48,289 bases of DNA, taken from IMG/VR virus record IMGVR_UViG_3300036791_000329, positions 1-48,289 of that record; one strand, 5' to 3'. This document shows, in pieces, positions 43,490 to 48,289 of the stretch. The notes below the pieces were generated by a model. It did no database searches. It worked only from the letters and a program-made list of their open reading frames with translations, and was not told the DNA's origin. The position numbers were made by a program, and so were the translations under genes. This DNA is from a virus (taxonomy: Duplodnaviria; Caudoviricetes). Within the stretch, counting starts at the first letter, position 1. Each line of letters begins with the position of its first letter.

Positions 43490-45418
43490 TTAATTAATAA
43501 TGAGATTATACATCCCTATCTTTTTGCCAATGATCCTGCTCCCCTCGTATGAAAGATGGCCTTTGTCTCTGTAAATTAGAGTATCACCAATGCTTGATTG
43601 GCAGATGCCATTGGAACAAATCGCATCTTTAAGCCATATAACATTTGTATCTTGAGAAATGATATTTATTCTCCTGTATATCTCCTTCTGTTTATCAGAT
43701 ATATCAGTTGATGAGAAATCACATACCGACCTTCTTAAATTCAGGGATGAAGTTTTTAAAAGACAAAAACCTATATCTTTCCCCTCTTTGTCCTCAGGGG
43801 TTGGCGCGACAATTGTAACATTTTTTCCAAGTTCTTTTAATTTATTGACTGTAGCTAAAATCATGTTATATGAATCGTTTGGGCTGGCTATAAAACTTCT
43901 TCCTGAACGGTCAGTAACATAATTACTAGCGGCCAACTGTGGGTATGGTGAAGAAATTACTACATTCTTGATAGAAGGAATTTTCTTTACCATATCGATG
44001 ACTCTATCGTTAGACAGGATGCAATTTTGCGCCCCAAAAATTGTGCTTGATCGAGAAAATCCAATTATCGGTTCGCATTGAGATACAGTTGCTTGGATGA
44101 GCTTTACGCTAGGATTTGATGCGATAATTGCAGGCACTATTTGCATCGCGTAAGAATCACCCCATACTAATATTTCTGGTTTATCTGAAGTGCGGCATTC
44201 AACGTAATTATGAAACTCTCGTTCACATTTTTTACTTAACCCAAAATTACCACGTAGTCTATGATTCACATTAGCATATGTTTCATTGGAGCTAAATCTA
44301 TTCATATGTGATGGATAGGTTACCCCTGATACTCCAAAAGTAATAAAGGCAACACTTCCAACAGCAGTGAATGTGAAAATCTGCTTTGCAGTAAACACAC
44401 CTTTCTCTCTAAAAGGTTTCTCAATTACCCTCCAGCTAAAATATGCAATAAGAATCGTAGTAGCTATAAGCAAGATCATTATTAAAGGTCTTGGTTCGCT
44501 AATGCTTTTATAGCGATAAAATGCAAATATTGGCTGATGCCATAAGTAAGCGCTATAGCTAATTAGTCCAAAGAATCTGATTTTTGTAATAGAAAGGATT
44601 TTACCAACGAGCAATTGATTGTTGCAAAAAACCAGAATTAGAAATGAACCCGCTACGGGTAATAATGTATATAAGCTAGGGTATGGCATTGTTTTATCAA
44701 AAACTAAAACAGATAAAATAATCATCAGAACACCCAAAATTGACATGATGTTCGCGAGGCTCTTTTTAACTCCTATCCCTTTGTTAGAAATGAATGCACC
44801 TATTGCGCCAAAAAGCAGTTCCCACGCTCTTGTATGTAAAAGATAGAATGCGTTCGTTGGATCTGATACTGATAATTTTTGAGCAAGAATTAGGCTAAGG
44901 ACAGCCAAGCCCACAACTAATAGTAAAGTGAATTTTTTTCCAACTTTCCATGCGGCGAACATAATCAACGGGAAGAATATGTAATACTGCTCCTCTACTG
45001 CCAATGTCCACGTATGCAGAAATGGTTTTAGTTCAACGTTTGGTGAAAAATAACCACTTTCAGAGGCGAATAGGAAATTAGATGTGAATGTTGAAACAGA
45101 AACTATACTTTTATAAAAACTGTTTATATCATCTGGCAGTAGATAGTAATATCCAAAAGGGATGCACACGATAATCATGAAAAATAAAGCTGGCATTATC
45201 CTGCGAGCACGTCTCTCATAAAACCTGACAATACTAAATTTTTCAGCCTGTAGTTCCTTTAAAAGGATATTTGTTATCAAATAACCACTAATAACAAAAA
45301 ACACATCTACACCGACAAATCCGCCAGAAACCACTGAAGGGAAGGCATGATAAAAAATAACAGATAACACTGCGATAGCACGCAACCCGTCAATTTCTGC
45401 TCTGTATTTTAATGACAT
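43490..45418 (-). CDS. acyltransferase_3 + SGNH protein; probable O-antigen O-acetyltransferase (OafA/OafB-like)
   Basis: YRAEIDGLRAIAV, GVDVFFVISGYLI, RRARRI.P, HTWTLAVEEQYY, GDSY, DKGHL; AT-rich, antisense to the late operon. Confidence 0.9.
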   Translation of the reverse strand: MSLKYRAEIDGLRAIAVLSVIFYHAFPSVVSGGFVGVDVFFVISGYLITNILLKELQAEKFSIVRFYERRARRIMPALFFMIIVCIPFGYYYLLPDDINSFYKSIVSVSTFTSNFLFASESGYFSPNVELKPFLHTWTLAVEEQYYIFFPLIMFAAWKVGKKFTLLLVVGLAVLSLILAQKLSVSDPTNAFYLLHTRAWELLFGAIGAFISNKGIGVKKSLANIMSILGVLMIILSVLVFDKTMPYPSLYTLLPVAGSFLILVFCNNQLLVGKILSITKIRFFGLISYSAYLWHQPIFAFYRYKSISEPRPLIMILLIATTILIAYFSWRVIEKPFREKGVFTAKQIFTFTAVGSVAFITFGVSGVTYPSHMNRFSSNETYANVNHRLRGNFGLSKKCEREFHNYVECRTSDKPEILVWGDSYAMQIVPAIIASNPSVKLIQATVSQCEPIIGFSRSSTIFGAQNCILSNDRVIDMVKKIPSIKNVVISSPYPQLAASNYVTDRSGRSFIASPNDSYNMILATVNKLKELGKNVTIVAPTPEDKEGKDIGFCLLKTSSLNLRRSVCDFSSTDISDKQKEIYRRINIISQDTNVIWLKDAICSNGICQSSIGDTLIYRDKGHLSYEGSRIIGKKIGMYNLIIN

Positions 45419-45489
45419 AACTATATTCTTAATGTTTTTGAGAGGTTGGAGTTTAGCACCTCAGAAGAAACTGATCAGCCTCTGAGGCA

Positions 45490-45516
45490 AGAAAGCCCAC
45501 TCAGATGGGCTTTTTG
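45490..45516. terminator. terminator downstream of the BRO-N gene
   Basis: AAAGCCCA-CTCAGA-TGGGCTTT with T-runs on both strands. Confidence 0.75.
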
Positions 45517-45542
45517 TTGGCGCGTCCTTGCGCCATTTTCAA

Positions 45543-46292
45543 TCACAGTCGGCTAATCAGCCCTTTGACGCCATGCTCGCTTAACCTGTCCAACATCAGC
45601 AAGCCATCGCTTTCTTTCTGCTGCAATTCAAGCAAATTGAGCCGCATTTCGTTCAGTAAAGGTTCAATAGCACCGCGCTTGCGAACTACTTTCTTGATAA
45701 CGTCTTTTTCAAACTCATACATGGTATGCCTGACAGCCGTTGTTATTTTCATTATGCGGCGACACTCCTCACCGAGTACGGGAAGATCGTCAACAGTAAA
45801 TGGCTTTGGTGATGGAGTTCCAGTTGCGGCGCGAAGTGAATACCAGACGCCTTGCGTCCAGGCATTTTCAAACTTCATGTTGCCTGTCATTAGCCAGACC
45901 AGCCTTTTGAGGTTTTGCATGTCGCTATTCGATAGTGGTTCTGATGTTGGTTTTTGCTGGTAGCTGCCAGTTTTGCGGATCGTTGGCAGTACATCATTGA
46001 ACACCCAATCCTGGAATTGTTTTGCTTCTGGCTTATTGCTGCGGAAAATGACGCGGTAGAGATTTGGTTCGTTGACGAAAGTCAATTGCTGTCTACCTCC
46101 GTCAGTAGGGATTACATTTTTTGTAACCCCTTTCATATCCATCTGAAATCGAGATGGACTGGCGACAGCGACGGAAAGAATGTCGCACACATCTTTCAGG
46201 CAGAACCACGGTTCACCGGCGATTACCTGGATACGTACATCATGGGATTCTTGAAATGAGAATGATACTGGCTGGATAGCTAATGCTGTCAT
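45543..46292 (-). CDS. BRO-N domain antirepressor-like protein
   Basis: GEPWFCLKDVC.IL, T.GG.Q...FVNEPNLYRVIFRS.KPEAK.FQ.WV...VLPTIRKTGSY; AAGGTG RBS. Confidence 0.9.
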   Translation of the reverse strand: MTALAIQPVSFSFQESHDVRIQVIAGEPWFCLKDVCDILSVAVASPSRFQMDMKGVTKNVIPTDGGRQQLTFVNEPNLYRVIFRSNKPEAKQFQDWVFNDVLPTIRKTGSYQQKPTSEPLSNSDMQNLKRLVWLMTGNMKFENAWTQGVWYSLRAATGTPSPKPFTVDDLPVLGEECRRIMKITTAVRHTMYEFEKDVIKKVVRKRGAIEPLLNEMRLNLLELQQKESDGLLMLDRLSEHGVKGLISRL

Positions 46293-46344
46293 GGGATTCA
46301 CCTTTGTAGTAGAGGTTAATCACCACCGTTGAGACCAATCGTGG

Positions 46345-46423
46345 GTGGTGAGTTGTACGGAGTTGGTCTTACCGGCTACAAAGGACCCGGCGCGGATTTC
46401 TCCGCCCCCGCACAACCCACCAT
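46345..46423 (-). ncRNA. C4-type antisense RNA no. 2
   Basis: Same scaffold as 2100-2180; loop CCTTTGTAG and bulge AGACCAAC complement targets at 46479-46505 and 46301-46340. Confidence 0.75.
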
Positions 46424-46534
46424 AATTTGGATGTAGCTGTGCTTTGCGCATAAAAAAACCGCTAACGCGGTATGTGCGCCTTTGTAGATATCCGGGAGAC
46501 CAATCCCGACAACCGATTTTGCGGCTGCAGCGAG

Positions 46535-46564
46535 ACTATAGCTCTGGATATCTGGCGCTGTCAA
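46535..46564 (-). promoter_or_regulatory. sigma70 promoter of the C4 / BRO-N unit
   Basis: -35 TTGACA (46559-46564), 18 bp, -10 TATAGT (46535-46540). Confidence 0.7.
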
Positions 46565-46658
46565 TTTAATGCAAGCATGCTAAATGTGAGTATTTGCTTG
46601 CTTGTGTTTATATACAGTGATTTAATGCAAGCACATTTCACAATAAGAGTGCTTACAT

Positions 46659-47621
46659 ATGTCAGAAGAAAAAAAAGAACCCACAGGTAAGGCGAAGGGT
46701 GGTGTTGCGCGCGCTAAATCTTTGACGAAGGAGCAGCGATCGGAGATTGCCAAGAAGGGAGCGGCTGCAAGATGGAGGGATAAGCCTTACAAAGCAATCC
46801 GTAAAGGCAATTTCATGGATGAGTTTGAAATAGACGCTGAATGCTATGTTTTAGATGACCCAGATAAAACTGTCGTTACTTCTAAGCGAGGAATGTCAAG
46901 GCTACTTGGGCTTGGCGACACTGGCAAAGAGGTGGAGAGGCTTATTCGTGCTAAATATATGCGCGATTACGTCGATCCAATTTTATTAGAGAAACTGGAA
47001 AAACCACTTTTATTTCAATGGGGTGGTGATGCGGCAATTTTAGGTTTCAGCGAAGCGCATGGCTACGACATAACGATGGTTGGTGACATTGCTAATGCCC
47101 TTATTAAAGCCAATATTGCCGGTGCCCTTCCAAAGACAAGGGTAGAAGCGGCCAGGAAAGCGCAGACACTTTCTAACGCCGCAATGAAAGCAGGGTTGAA
47201 AGGTTTAGCCTATGCCGTGGCTGGGTATCAGCCTGAAGTGCAGGAAGTAATAAACTCCTTCAAAGCCTTTGTTCGTGAGGAGGCTCGCCAATATGAAAAA
47301 GAATTCCCTGATGAGTTATACGAAGCGTGGTACAGAATTTATCAACTAAACAAGCCAGATCGCGGCAGGCCATTCCTTTTTAGTAGACTCACAAACGAGC
47401 AAATCTACATGCCACTAGCCAGAAGTAATGGAATGATTTTAGACCTGGCAAAAAAGAACAAAGAAGAAAATGGCAAGAGGGGGGACAAGATCCACCAATT
47501 CTTAGCCGAGGTAGGCGTGAAGGCCCTTAAGCAGCAAATTGGTAAAGTTCTTGCGGTATCAGAACTGTTTGGTGAAAGGGATACTTACGAGGCAGCGCTA
47601 ACCAAAGTAAACAAAGCCTGA
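46659..47621 (+). CDS. P63C-domain protein
   Basis: KGG.ARA..LT.E.RSEIAKK.A.ARW, CYVLDD, Y.KEFP.E.Y....R, IY.PL, KIHQFL. Confidence 0.8.
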   Translation: MSEEKKEPTGKAKGGVARAKSLTKEQRSEIAKKGAAARWRDKPYKAIRKGNFMDEFEIDAECYVLDDPDKTVVTSKRGMSRLLGLGDTGKEVERLIRAKYMRDYVDPILLEKLEKPLLFQWGGDAAILGFSEAHGYDITMVGDIANALIKANIAGALPKTRVEAARKAQTLSNAAMKAGLKGLAYAVAGYQPEVQEVINSFKAFVREEARQYEKEFPDELYEAWYRIYQLNKPDRGRPFLFSRLTNEQIYMPLARSNGMILDLAKKNKEENGKRGDKIHQFLAEVGVKALKQQIGKVLAVSELFGERDTYEAALTKVNKA

Positions 47622-47649
47622 AACTAAATTAATCCCAACCACAACCACA

Positions 47650-47674
47650 TAGCCCTCTCCGGAGGGCTTTTTCG
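47650..47674 (+). terminator. intrinsic terminator
   Basis: AGCCCTC-TCCG-GAGGGCTTTTT. Confidence 0.8.
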
Positions 47675-47684
47675 TTTCTGGCAC

Positions 47685-47727
47685 TTGATCAAATTCGCCT
47701 CATGAAATACTGTTTATGCATACAGTG
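47685..47727 (+). promoter_or_regulatory. SOS promoter with LexA box
   Basis: TACTGTTTATGCATACAGTG (CTG-N10-CAG at 47710-47725) overlapping -10 TACTGT; -35 TTGATC 17 bp upstream. Confidence 0.85.
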
Positions 47728-47746
47728 TTTATCAGAGGTGCTCACA

Positions 47747-48127
47747 ATGGCTTTCCCATCCCCGGCAAAAGACTACACAGAGCAGCGCGTAAGCCTGGAC
47801 GCTAAGTGCATCACAAGCCCAAGCTCAACATACCTTGTCCGGTCAGGCGACACGCACTGGCGAGCTGGCATCATGAGTGGTGCATATCTCGTCGTAGACA
47901 GCGGGCAGAAACCGTGTGATGGCTCTATCGTGATAGCGACAGTGCAGGCCGAGTTTCGCGTTCTGCGCTACAAGACGTTACCCAAAGAGCATTTAGAAGA
48001 CATCGACAATCCAGATCTAAAATTCGTGATGGATAGCAATTTTGAAGATGATGGGGTGTTCGGTGTCGTGACGTGGATTCTGAACGATGCGCGTTCCGGT
48101 GAGTTCGATGATGTGCCGGTGATGTGA
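47747..48127 (+). CDS. UmuD'/HumD-like S24-fold protein, probably non-catalytic
   Basis: Starts MAFPSPA.DY.E....LD after GAGGTG; GDTH replaces GDSM and the catalytic Lys appears absent. Confidence 0.8.
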   Translation: MAFPSPAKDYTEQRVSLDAKCITSPSSTYLVRSGDTHWRAGIMSGAYLVVDSGQKPCDGSIVIATVQAEFRVLRYKTLPKEHLEDIDNPDLKFVMDSNFEDDGVFGVVTWILNDARSGEFDDVPVM

Positions 48128-48162
48128 GGGGAAACTGTGACGGATTTGTGCCAAAGAAATGA

Positions 48163-48289
48163 CACAGGGATGCATATAATGACAAAAATCAGCAAAGCGA
48201 AACTTTAGCGACTGGCTTGTGGTGCGGCTTTGGCTGTTGGTTTAGACTGTACGGCTTTTGTAGATCATCAGACTGTTTCTCTGATGCTG
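48163..48289. repeat. 127-bp exact terminal direct repeat (copy 2)
   Basis: Identical to 1-127. Confidence 0.9.

Noticed and set aside
46376-46564. 62-aa ash-like ORF as a real gene
   Set aside because: Its TTG start is the -35 box of the promoter and it stops inside the C4 RNA; probably a by-product of RNA conservation.
46602-46617. LexA box upstream of the P63C gene
   Set aside because: TTG-N10-CAG lacks the conserved CTG half-site; at most a weak site.
48163-48289. 127-bp repeat as attL/attR or a T7-like physical terminal repeat
   Set aside because: It sits exactly at both contig ends, its length equals a common k-mer, and the TerS is pac-type; assembly overlap is the simpler explanation.

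Overview
The window is a complete, circularly closed temperate enterobacterial phage genome of about 48,162 bp. Bases 1-127 repeat exactly at 48163-48289, most likely an assembly overlap, and an intact attP-like site lies beside the integrase. The left half is lambdoid: int/xis, RecE-like exonuclease, cIII, N with nutL/nutR, cI/cro/cII with readable operators, O/P with iterons, nin genes, Q and a holin/SAR endolysin/Rz/Rz1 cassette. The right half has a P22 gp3-like TerS with a pac-like site, then a podovirus-type virion module (T7/BPP-1/epsilon15-like portal, capsid, tail tubes, ejection proteins, tailspike). Accessory loci include a BstA abortive-infection homolog, an acyltransferase_3-SGNH O-antigen acetylase, an HNH endonuclease, antirepressor-like genes (P22_AR_N, KilA-N, BRO-N, P63C) and a LexA-boxed UmuD'-like gene. 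The most notable unexplained signals are: (1) an antisense cassette in the sieB position in which a SLATT-like 2-TM gene is flanked on both sides by small proline-rich peptide ORFs missing from the ORF track; (2) two C4-type antisense RNA switches with different seed sequences plus a third divergent one; (3) a ~220-nt multi-hairpin non-coding segment ahead of the packaging genes. Family assignments come from recalled motifs and synteny; no searches were run.
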